From Podarcis melisellensis (taxonomy: Eukaryota), in NCBI GenBank assembly GCA_964234715.1, contig OZ174275.1: 64,000 bases of DNA; one strand, written 5' to 3'. Positions 26,153-37,901 of the stretch are shown one piece after another. The stretch's first letter is position 1, and every line of letters starts with the position of its first letter. Under the pieces are notes generated by a model. It searched no databases. It was given only the letters and a program-made list of their open reading frames with translations, and was not told the DNA's origin. Made by a program: the position numbers and the translations under genes.

Positions 26153-28204
26153 GTAACAATGGGTGACATTCTTCCTCTTCCCCCTTTGGGGACCACTGAT
26201 GCTAATCTGGCTTCTCCCCCATGCCTTTCCTCATCCACTGTAAGAGAGGTGTAGCTATGTTAGCTGTTGGAGCTCAGGGATAATGGTACCACCTCCCATT
26301 GCTATTAGGGCATTTTTCCTCACTGGCATATCCCTTCATAATGTTATAGAACAGAAGTGACATGCTGGGTGGGGCCACAATATCAGCTCCATGGCTCACT
26401 ATTTCTTACCAGAAGGGGAGGCTGTGGGGCAATGAGGAGGCTGGCATGGTGGAAATGTCCCTCTGGAGCCAATCAGGTGCTCCTAGTAGTGTGCCAACCT
26501 CCCCACTGCTTTGTCCATCCCTCCTCTTTCCAGTAAACACCAACAACCCACTTGCCGGCAAGCTAGCATGGCAGCTCTGCCCTTACCTGACCAGCTCCTT
26601 CAGTTCCAGAGCATGACCAGAAGCTCACAGTTCAGCAGCTTTGCTGAAACGTAGCAGCTCTGCATGGGAGCACCATGTCTATTTCATTGAGTTTCCCTGG
26701 GGAAGAATAGTGGGACATAAAATACAATTAAATAAATCATCATTTCATTTGGCCCTGGTCCCTCATCCTGTCCCCACTGCATCTGTCTTTAGCTATGCCT
26801 AGTGAGTTCTTTCAGCCAGCTCGTATTTTTTCTGCTTTGGAAGAATGATGCTATTTCCATTTTACTTGTGTGAGCCCACCTGTGAGTAAGAAGCCTTGAT
26901 TTATACTATTATGGCATAGTTTGTTCTGTCAAGCTGTTGAATTGGTACCAATCCATAAAAGGTTTTCGTTTAATGTCCGATGCATATAGTTACATAGGCC
27001 GTGCAGTTGCTTCAGAAAATTTAAATGCCTGCATGTGGAATTATGACTTTATATCTTCTCTTCCCCTGAATTCTGCACAAATCCCAAAATAGGGAACCAA
27101 CAAGTTTAAGGTTCAAAGCAGCGAATGCAGAATAAGACAGGACCAGGCAAACTAGTAAAATGTTGCTTAGCAGTGATGCATTCATCCAACACATTTGGAC
27201 AGCCTGTTACTACTTGGTAACAAGATTTTGTATCCCAATTTCCCCTCTTTTGGCAAAAGATTATGTGTGTGAAAGGTCTCTTTCCTTTGCAGTTATCTAC
27301 ATTTTATTAGAGCCTGGGGGAGGTCGGTTGAATTGCTGCTGTGGCAAACACATGGCTGCCGTCACCCCCTTCCCGCCCCACGGCATGAACGCTAAGTTTG
27401 GCCTAGCATCTTGTTTAGTGACAAACTGTGGTTGCATAGCAACCAAGGCTGCTGCAGTTCCAAGCAAGGCTCCTGGCTGCGGATGGGAAGAGAGAGCAGA
27501 AGAAAGGCATTAAGTCGCAATGAGGAACAAAGACCCTGTGTTGACACAAGGGCCCATAGTAGTGGAAGTATGTGATAGAAGGGGCAAAGGGGGAGAAAAG
27601 GCAGGAAACAGTAGAAACACGAGCTGAATTTGTTTCCCTAATGAGACACAGGCTTCGCTTATGCGGCACCTGTTTCTGGAAGTCAAATGATGCTCACAGG
27701 ACTTGGTGCTTTCAGTTTCTGTGACCATGAATCAGTGGGAATGAATGGAAGACTAGTTTCTGGGTTGTAATGTTATGGGTGGGGAACCTTCAACCTGTGG
27801 GCTTAATTAGGTCTACTGGAAACTTCTGTAGCACAGCTGGTCCCATCCTATAACACCAAACAGCTGATTGGCGCTTATAGGAAACCCACTGACACTTGTA
27901 CTTATAGCAAGCACCAAAGTGGGACTTGTCAGAAGGGAAAGTTGCATTGCCAGCTTGAACTGAAGCCAGCGATGCAAAATACCTCTCTCTGCTGGTTTAA
28001 GCTGTGTCTGCAAATAGGTTCTGTTTTGTTTTGGGTCACCTGACATCATTATGACACCAGCCGATTGACAGGTGGGAGGCCCCACCACCTGTCAAAATGG
28101 CCTTTAGGGTATGTTTGTTGGGGGAGGGTAGAATTTGACCCACTGGCCAGATCCTGTTCCCAACCCATCCTCTAGGTTTTCATGCATTTTTATAAGCTCT
28201 TGTA

Positions 28205-28446
28205 CAGTGGTACCTCGGGTTACAAACTCCTCAGGATACAAACACTTCGGGTTACAGACTCCACTAACCCGGAAGAAGTAACTCAGGTTAAGAACTTTAC
28301 CTCAGGACGAGAATAGAAACTGCGTGCCGGTGGCGCAGCGGCAGCAGGAGGCCTCATTAGCTAAAGTGGTACCTCAGGTTAAGAACAGTTTCAGGTTAAG
28401 AACGGTCCTCCGGAACAAATTAAGTACGTAACCAGAGGTGCCACTG
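28205..28446. mobile_element. Tc1/mariner (Tigger-like) MITE
   Basis: TIR cagtggtacctcgggttac / gtaaccagaggtgccactg; TA TSD; ends 71 nt upstream of exon 10. Confidence 0.85.
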
Positions 28447-28517
28447 TATAAAAATTGTGAGCTTAATTCTTTCCTTTGTTGATCTTCTATTTATTCATTT
28501 TAAATTTTTTGTTTCAG

Positions 28518-28600
28518 CTGAACCAAAACTTGAATGATGTCCTTGTGAATCTAGACAAAGCACAGGCAACAAGCACCTATCCTGTTAAAGCTCAGCCAAG
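28518..28600 (+). CDS. BIN1: BIN1 exon 10: LNQNLNDVLVNLDKAQATSTYPVKAQP(S/R)
   Basis: tttcag|CTG...CCAAG|gttagt; 83 nt, phase 0-2. Confidence 0.96.
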
Positions 28601-31600
28601 GTTAGTCATTACTATATCTAGCATTGTGGGAAGGTCGGGGCAGGTCGGTGTTTGTGTTTGTCTTATTCTCTTGACTATGGTCTCCAGTGATACACTGGTT
28701 GTTAATCTTCTACCCCACCAGCCCAAGAATTGGCCCACTGAATGCTTTTCTTTCTGTGTGCTGTTGCAGATACGGTAGCCACTGTGAGGGCGCCATCTCC
28801 CATTGCACATCAAACATCACATGGTTCTTGACATTTGTTGACTATGGTGATTTTGTGCACTTTTAAAAAAATAGTGTGTTTTGTTCAGAAGCAACATTTT
28901 GAAAAACAGTAGTGATTGAAGGGCAGGGAGGGGTGGGGAGCATAGGAGTGGTGAGAAGCAACAAACATCTCTCATGCTTTTTATGAATGGAGTTCTCAGT
29001 TATGGTTGAAACCTCCTTTTTCTCTGCCCCTGCTCCTGTGTTTTTAACAGCTGACTGACACACAGAAATTAACCATTGAAGCTTTTCCTGGTATGTCATA
29101 CAGTGGTAGGAACAGGAAATTTCTCTGTGTCAGACTGCTGTTTTAAAGGCACCAGAGCAAGTCCACTTAAAAAGGCGCCAACCTTTGGCGCAATACCCTT
29201 GTCCTTGTGTCCTGTTCATACTCAGCCTGTAGCTAAACCTAAGTATGTGTACCTGAACTAATCACATATTCTTTCCCTGTTTCACCCCTGCCTTCCCCCC
29301 TTTCCTCCCCTTCCTATGTTTTTCCTCCCTGTGTCAAATTTTAGATTGTAAGCTCCTTGGGGGCAGACACTTGTTCTCTTGTACTCTGTAAAATGCCTTG
29401 CACATTGATGGTGCTATATAAATAATAATAATAAAAATTAATAATAATAAACCTTATTCTCAGCTCTGGGGCTAAAGGCTGGCCCTTTGGGCTCCTTGAC
29501 TCTGTTCCTTGCAGTCCATATTATTAAAAGCTGAGGGTCCCTGTGAAACACATGTTAACACACTTGTATGTTCAGTAAAAATGGATGGGGTTCAGGAAAA
29601 AAAAATTGAGTTCTACAGCCTTGAGGGATTAATATAGTTAAACTAATTGTCAGTCATTGAGATGAGAGCTGCATAGCTAAACATACAAATCACAGGTTTT
29701 TTGCTCTTTTTCCATTCTGCATGCAGCTGTGGCATCTAACCACACAGTGATTGCATTTAGACAATCACTATCTCATCTTAATAAGCCCACAATATTTATG
29801 AGCCTTTTTGCACATCCATCCCCTTCACACCTCCCTTTGAAGTCAATTTTCAGTAAGTTGTCTGAAATGGGAAACTGTGATTACCAGCTTTGGAACAAGG
29901 CAGGATATTAAACCAACTTTCAGCTTTGCCCCTTCTTCTCAATCTTGTCGCTGCTCTCATTGACATGGTATCTTGTTGACCCAGCCCAGCATGTTGGGTA
30001 TCAGTGGCATTCTTTTGCAGTGGTTCCAATCCTATGTGCACATTCAGAGGGAGTAGCATTTGGGGTGGGCAGAAACTATACTTACCATCATTTGGAGTGC
30101 TGCAGGGCACAATTTTGTCTGTTCAACATCTATATAAAGCCAGTGGAAACAGAGATTTTGAGCATGGTGTCCTCATTTCTCCATAACATCTGTATCAGGT
30201 GTGACTGTGCGAGCCCTGGGGTAGTGTCTGGATGCAGCAGTAGGCTGTATGTAGGTCAGCAAACTGAGCTTGAATCCTAGCAAGATGGAGACTCTGTGGC
30301 TGAGTGGCCTCCCAGCTCCAAGAGATAGGTCAGTTGCCTGTTCTGGTTGGGGTTGTGCTCTCTTTGAAGGATCAGGTTGCAGTCTAGGGATGCTCTTTGG
30401 TCCATCTTTGTTGCTTGAGGCTCAGATGGCCTCAGTGACTTGCAGAGTCTTTTATCAACTTTGACTGATGTGACAGCAGAGGCTGCTCATGGACTGAGAT
30501 AGCTTATCCACTGCGGTCCAGGGACTGATAAACTCATGACTGGATTGCTGTAGAAGTAGGAAAATCTTTGGGTTCCTGGAGGAAAAACAATCAAGGCCAC
30601 CTAGCAGTTTCTGTTTTTGCCCTAACACTTTAAGGACTCGTTCAATGACTCACTTCCCCTTTTCATTTGTAAAAGAAATCCATTGTATCTTAGAGTTTTG
30701 TTTTGAATAAACCCAGCACAGCTTATGGGCACAAATAGGAATAAGGAGGAACTGGCTAGGGTTGTGTAAATACACACACTTCTCTTTCCTCACCCTCTGC
30801 TCTTAAGGAGAAGGTAGGCCTCACTCCTTGGATGAGATGGCCTCTGGCTCTCACCCAAATGCATGAGTGATGAAGCAATTTGGGAACTTGGACTCCCAGC
30901 TGCTTTGAGTCCCACATGCTGTGTTAGCAGTAATGAGTTGAATGTGCCAAGACTGCATTAGGCAGAAGGAGAACTGTGGCTTGACTCCACCCTGCTTTGG
31001 CAAAATCAAATGGAGGTCAGTATGATATTTTAAACCCAACTGCTTTACGCTCACTCTTTTGTAGGTGCATTGAATTAAATTAAATGTAGAAGCTAAGGAA
31101 ATTTTTTTAGCAGACACCAGGGAGCTCGCGGTTCTCATACTCTCAGCAATGAGCCGAGCACTTTGTGTAACCCCCAAGATGTGGAGTGCTTTCGTATCGA
31201 CCATTCATGAACACAACTCTGCACAATGCTAAGTAAGAGCAATGCATAAGACGAATGAGAGGGAGAGGCTGAACATGGATACAGTTTTATCAGTATCCTT
31301 TGTTTATGCAAACAAGTACCACTCTAGATGTATCGTGCCATGAGGAAAAAGAGAGAAGATGCTAGGGCTAGCTTTTGGTCTCCAGGTGTTGTTGAACTCC
31401 CATCTGGAGGGACACAGGTTAGCCAGCCCTGATTTAAATGTATAGGAACCCTGGAGAGAGCAATTTAGATGGACGCCTTCCATTTTAAGGTTCATTTCTT
31501 CCTCATCCTTAGGTTCATAGTGACTTCAACTTAGATGTCATTTCAACACTACAGTTTTCTCTCTGGGGACACTTTGGAAGGAGTGCTCTCATAATTGAAA

Positions 31601-33173
31601 CAATCTTTTTATTTTGTCCTGTTGCTCTTTGCATGAGGTCTGCCAGAATGACACCAGTTTATACTTGGTAATAAGTTTGAAGCTTGGGAGAAAATGGCGA
31701 GATGGTAAAAAGAGCAGGCGGTCCCTATACAATATTGTACCAACACTATGCACAATGATATGCGCAAGAATTTATTTTTAAAGTTAAAACACCCGGATAT
31801 ATAGTGTAAAAAACAACAACACAAATATGCAGATAACAGGAGATAAAAAAATTCTCAGAGCAGCCAGTAGACTAGGGGCAGCTAGCCTATGGGGCATATA
31901 TGCACACCCCACACTGCAAGAGGTTTGTTTTTTGTGCCTCTAAAATTTATTTTTTCAATAATGATAGAAGTTTTCTTTTACTGCTTCTGTTGCTCCCCCT
32001 TGCCCCCTAAATCTGCCTTCGGGGCTGGGGAACCCCCAGAACAGGTTTAGCGGGCACATGCATGAGTCATTTTGTGCACATATATCCTTCTTAGCATTCC
32101 TCTGAATTCCACCCCTACATTTTATTTTACTTTTTTTATTTTTATTTTTGAAAAAACAAACCCACTCCTGAGGGTTCCTGGCTGTGATTTTATGACATCA
32201 AAAGGTTTTTGTGATGCTTTCTGGACCACTCAAATATCCTTTTTATTTAATTTTAAAATGCCACATTCACTTATACACTTTGACATGTGGCCCTTGGAAC
32301 GTTGGCCATGGGCCAATGGGGCCCTCAGCCTGAAGAAGGTCAGCCATCCCTGCAGTAGACTGTGCAAAAGGCAGGAAAGTCCACCCTAAGAAACTTGTGA
32401 TGGGATATGAAGGACATGAAAGTAAATACTTCTCAGGAGCTTCTGATTTCACCCAAAACCTCCCCCCCAGTGGTTGTTCAGCCCCCTATTGGTTTTGTGG
32501 GGGTAAGTTCTCCACCATCTTACGGTACAACATCATTGGTGGAATGATCGCTTCGGACCTTAAGAAAATATTGCTGCATTGTTAGGGTTATGGGTGAAGA
32601 TACTTTGGAAAGGACTTGCACATTTGGTGGGATGGTGAGTGGGTGCACATGGTGGGATCATATGCCAAATGGTGATACCCTCAGAAGGTAACTCCCATGG
32701 TGTTAGTGTAAGGTTTAAAGAAGACACAAGCTTATCTTTTGTAGGCTCACACTATTGATATGTTGATTGATAGCCAGTGGTCCTTGGCTCACTCAGCCGC
32801 CTGCTGGATTGCTTAGCTTTCTAGTTTTCAACCTCTACCTTTGCCCTCCATATAACTTTGAGGTAACTTGGTAGATCAATGGTGGCAAGTAGCTTCCAAA
32901 TGGAAAGCAATGAGCCATTGATCTCTCCTCTTCCTATCTCCTGAACATTCACACAGCACTTAAAAGGATATTTTTCTACTGAAAATGTCCGGCGGACTCC
33001 CTCTCTGCCAAGCTAATCAGATGCACACTGAGGGATGGCCCCATAGGTCCTCTTTGAATAAGTCTCTTCACGGTAACTATGTACATTAGCTCATGCACGG
33101 AATCTTCACCTTTCTTTCACATTGGTTGAGCCGTGTTGTAATGGACATCACTTTCGTGTGCCGTCCTCAACAG

Positions 33174-33218
33174 AAAGAAAACTAAACTGTTCTCCAGGCT
33201 GAGGAAAAAGATGAGCAG
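33174..33218 (+). CDS. BIN1: BIN1 exon 11 (muscle-specific phosphoinositide-binding PI motif): (R)KKTKLFSRLRKKMS(S)
   Basis: caacag|A AAG...AGCAG|gtacca; 45 nt, phase 2-2; polybasic peptide like human RKKSKLFSRLRRKKNS. Confidence 0.95.
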
Positions 33219-35274
33219 GTACCAGCAAGCTCCATTCCCTGCCCGCTCTGATTTGGATGTAAAAGCCAAAAGCCAGGCTGTATTCTAACAGCATTTAGTG
33301 CATTGTTAGCTTGGTGACTGAAATGGAGTTTCTGCATGATCCAAATTGCTTTGTTTTGGAATTACGGATTGCATTGGTGTTTCTGAATAATCCTAATAGC
33401 TTTTTACACATGTTTATAACCACTTCCACCCTCCTTTGAAAGTTGGCAACGGAAGATATATGGACCTTTGTATTTCCCAAAGAATAAATGAATATATTGT
33501 GGTCTACTCACGTACTGCAGACCTAACTACTGGAAGTTGCTTAAGAGAGAAAATTGCAGCTGTGTGCCAAGGCCAGATTTCCTTTTAAGTGCAGGGAACT
33601 TCAGGAAAACTTGTAGTGGATCAGGACAGACATAGGTTGGGTGGGAGGAGAGATGGAAAAAATGGGAGCAGTCTTCTTCTCTCCCTCAAACCTTGTTGAA
33701 GATGAGTTTTTAGGTCTCCTGTTCTTCCTTCTTGAAAGTCTAAAGAAAAATAATCTCATATCCTTTTTTTCTTCTATATTCTGTGGCACCTTAGAATTGT
33801 GTTTTTATTCCTCTTTCAACTGAAATTTGTCCTTTTCAGGACAGGAGCCAGTCAGTCTTTTAACCTGTTCCCTTATACTTCCTAAAAATAGTGTAGATGT
33901 TGGATGATAACGTAAGTTGGGTGGATGCTTAGGGGACATGGTGCTTGGTTGTATTGTGTTTATATACTAACTAGCTTGCTGAATTGCATGGTGGCTGGTA
34001 TTACTGTGTAACTCTGAGTTTACAGAGAGAACTCTCAATTGCTTCCTTCCCGCTGTGTATGTCCTTGGATAAGATCTGAGAGCTAAAAGACCTTCAACCT
34101 CCTTGCTGAAACAAGAGTCCCTGTGAGGATACATGCAAGGCAGGAGAATGGTTGAGGTGTGACTTGGTGACCAACCTTTCATTACTTGCTTTCTGCAATT
34201 CCCATATGAGGCTCCCATAAACAAACAGGTTAGGGTCCCCTCTTAAAACCATGTTTCAAATATGTTTATTTAGAAGTAAGTCCTACTGGATTCAGTGGGA
34301 TTTACTTCCTAGTATGAATGCTCAGCCATAGACAGGCCCTGAGCATGTGTTTCCTGTTCTGTTGCTAGAGACAGTTTTCAAACATTCTCAACGATTTCTA
34401 AATACTGAGATGACACAATGTGGTGTGGAAATCAAGCTCTTGTGATTGCTTTCCAAGAACAATGTATTTCAAAACAGCTTGTCTGCTCCAAACTTGAGCT
34501 TTATACTCATATGTTGTTTCAATATGGTCTGTTGCCCCCTATCTTGTTATGTGCCTGTAGCTATCACAGCTAACCAGTGGCTTTGGTGATTGAAATAATT
34601 ATTGCGTAATATAGAGCATGGTGTGGAAGGGTGAAAGACATTGGTGGGGTTAAAGGTTGTATGCTTGATCTATTAGGGGCCCTGTTTAATTTAGTAAATA
34701 TCACATTTACTAAAAGTCAGATTCTTTCTTGTTGAATTCTTAGGGGATAACAGCTTACTGTATGCAAGGGCCAAACTACACGTGGCATTAAACATACAGT
34801 TTGGTATTGCATTATCAGGATCAAGACCACAGAATGCAAGGAGAATGAACTCTTCTTCCCCTCCCACATCACAGACCTGATGAAATCTATTCCTCATGCA
34901 GCTGTTGTTTGACATAGGAAGAAAGTTCCCATGGACATCTTCCTGTGAGAGGCAGCAGCTTATGGAGCGAGTGAATTTTTCTTGGCAATTGTGGTGTGGG
35001 AGGCAAGAGTTAAATGAATATACCCTATGTGTACTGTGCCCACCCAAAAACGCAGCTGCTGTTTGTTTTTGAAGATAACTTCTGCACCAAACTACATGAT
35101 TATTGTCACACATTTTCTTGCATTAAAAGTTTGTGCTATTACAGTAATGGGGCCAGGCATCTGTTGCAAAATAATAATTTGAAAGGGTACTTTCCCTCAT
35201 CCCTTAAAAGCTCATTCAAATGCTGATATTCTCTCTCTCTCTGTGTCTGTCTCTCTCTCTCTCTCTCTCTGCAG

Positions 35275-35425
35275 TGACAGTACCCCAGCAAAAGCAAACA
35301 AAACCCCCTCATCTCCGCCTGATGGGACTCCCATCACCAGCCCTGAGACCAAGGCTATCAACCATGAGCCAGAGCCATCCACTTTGGAAACACCTGGGGG
35401 AGGCATCCCTAAGTCTCCATCTCAG
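35275..35425 (+). CDS. BIN1: BIN1 exon 12: (S)[50 protein letters not shown]
   Basis: (tc)n-gcag|T GAC...CAG|gtagtg; 151 nt, phase 2-0. Confidence 0.95.
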
Positions 35426-37120
35426 GTAGTGAGGATTGCTGCTGCTGCTGTTTATTCCTTGAGGACATACATGACAATGTCATTCATGGTTGGGTTTCCT
35501 TGGCTGCTACTCTATGGAGAGTAATGGACTTTTCTCCATTTATGTTCACCAACAGTTCTAGGCAACGTGTATCAACTAGTCTCTCCATTTCTCTCTAATG
35601 TTGTTCTTGCCTAATCCAGTTTCTTTATCTACAAACGACAGTACTTCCTCTTCAGTAGGGATTCTATGTAGGCCAAGCTGGTCTTGCTGTGTAACAGGTA
35701 TGGTACATAACTGTTCTTAAGGACAAGCAGAGGCTATAGATAAACTAAGAAAACCTGTATTGGCATGGACAGCTTCTGGATCAACTGGTGGCACAGGATA
35801 TCAGTTGAATCAGGAAGTAGAATACGGAAGTTAATTAGAAATTTTTTAAAAGGCAAATGGTTTTGCTAGTTAAGAAAGGTGCATTATGAACTCTTCCATC
35901 CTCAGTGGACAAGAAACAGGTAAGTGAATTGGACCAGATATAAGATAATGATACTAAGAATGACATTTTGGATATTTTCTTTTCTTCTTCTTCAGCATGA
36001 GATGCACTATTGCACAAAACCTGATCTTGACTTTTAAAGTGTAATGAGAGCATTTTTGGGTTGTCAGCTTTGCAGCCATAATGGCCAGTTGAAACCCACA
36101 ACAATCATGTGAAGAGAACAACCTGTACATTGGCAGTTAGACAGTTGTAGGCCTTATGTGAAACAGACTACCTGAAAAGTCTTTGGTATGTCCCATGGTT
36201 GCCCATGCAACTGCTGAGGATTACTGTACATGAATTGCTGAACAGCAAAGATGGCGGTTCTCTCCTAGCAAAAAAGTTACAGCAGGAAAATGTCAAATGT
36301 CAAAATATTTATATTATGTTCCAAACATTAACTTTTTACTATTGCTGGAGTTATTTTGATTTTTCTCAGATGTACATACAGTGTGAGTGGCTTTTATTTG
36401 GCCTTTTCTGTGCCCATTCCCCCCCCCCCCACCGAGAATGGTAGGTTTGTCCTAGCAGTTAAAGCACCAAACACTAAGTTGAGAATATTGTGCTTGTTAG
36501 AATGTTAACCCATGGGTGCTGAATTCTGGCTGTGGTATATCAAATGTAGGGCATGTTTCATAATATTTACTGTAACTGTAGATTTATGTAAGGGCTGCCT
36601 GTGAGAAGGAATTACAGTATAACCCTCTACATACTTTCACTGTATTCAGCGGGGCTTGGTCCCAGGTAAGTGTGTCTTGGATGGTAACCTTAGTGTCCAA
36701 ACAGAACCTAGCAGAACCATTGAAAGTGTTCTTTGTATATAGCAGTATTTTTAAATACCCACATCCTGTCTTTTGAATAGGGCCCTAAATAATATGCCCC
36801 AAAGAAGAGGTGGAAATTCTAATTGGAAATATCGTATGTTCTGAGAGTAACCTCTATCTCATCTCAGATATGTTAGGTCCAAGAAGGAGGTGGTTCGGAA
36901 AACAGTTAAAACTTGGATATATGGAAACTTGAGGTTTCACTGTAGGTGTTCTGCTGTAAAAAGGAATTTACAGATGGCCCCTTGATGTGCTCCCTGATGT
37001 ACATCCTGCTCCAAACAGCTGATAGGTGGGATTTTAGGTTTTTTTTTAAAGGGGTAAGTAAGTAAAGCCTCAACTTTTACATCAGGGAGATAAATTCTAC
37101 TTGCAGCACCTTCTTACTGT

Positions 37121-37175
37121 GAGTGATTTCCATATCCAGTTAGGTTTATGGAGTGATTTCCATATCCAGTTAGGT
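37121..37175 (+). repeat. 25-bp tandem duplication
   Basis: gagtgatttccatatccagttaggt at 37121-37145 and 37151-37175. Confidence 0.9.
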
Positions 37176-37773
37176 ATACACTCTGCTGGTGTATGTATGT
37201 GATCCCAGGCATTTTGGGGGCAAGGAATTGAAGCACTGCTGACCCACAATCTATATTTGGGATACCAGTTGTTTCTAATTCAGACAAGAAATTCTAAGCC
37301 CCCCTCCCTGCCCCCCTCACAGGGTGTGCCTCTCCTTTCAGGTACCTCTTCCTGGGCTTTTCACTAACCCAGTCCTAACTCCTGACTCACTATGACACAC
37401 TGGCAACCACTGCTACTTGCTCTCTTTCTCTAGCTGATATGGGGTTGGGCCTCTCAGGAAAGGCAATCCTTCTTCCTCATTGCTGCTAGTTGTTTCTTCC
37501 TTGGAGCAAACCACAGCCTCACCCTCTCAGTGCCACCTGTGTGGCTGAAAATGACTTACAACAACGAACAAAGCATGCATTAAAACCAGCCAAAACATAG
37601 TAAAATTTAAAACTCATTCATATTTTAAAAAGGAGGGTTAAAAACATTCCATCCCACAAAGGATTAAAATATTGCCTTCGGGTTTCTGGGGGAAAAAACT
37701 CCACTTCTCTCTATCCCCGCTACCCCTCCCCAAAGTAATACAAAAGAAACATTGTTTACTATAGTATCTAGAG

Positions 37774-37901
37774 CTGACTTTCTCAGCCTTGGGTCCCCAG
37801 ATGTTCTTGAACTACAGTGTGCATCATCTCTGACCACTGGCCTTGCTGGCTAGGGATGATGGGAGTTGTAGTCCCTGGGGAGCCAAAGTTGAGAAATGCT
37901 G
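37774..37901. mobile_element. Palindromic hAT-like MITE
   Basis: Inverted termini (tttctcagccttgg / ccaaagttgagaaa); 8-bp TSD atctagag / atctaggg. Confidence 0.7.

Noticed and set aside
28735-28866. Good-looking acceptor (ctgttgcag, 28769) 169 nt after exon 10
   Set aside because: The nearest donors give 5 or 14 nt (frameshifting) and the in-frame donor is weak. Read-through gives an unrecognisable peptide ending in a stop. Unsupported without transcripts.
33882-33891. MEF2-consensus sites (CTAAAAATAG here; similar at 7093 and 22241)
   Set aside because: The AT-rich consensus is expected many times by chance in 64 kb, and no conservation data are available.
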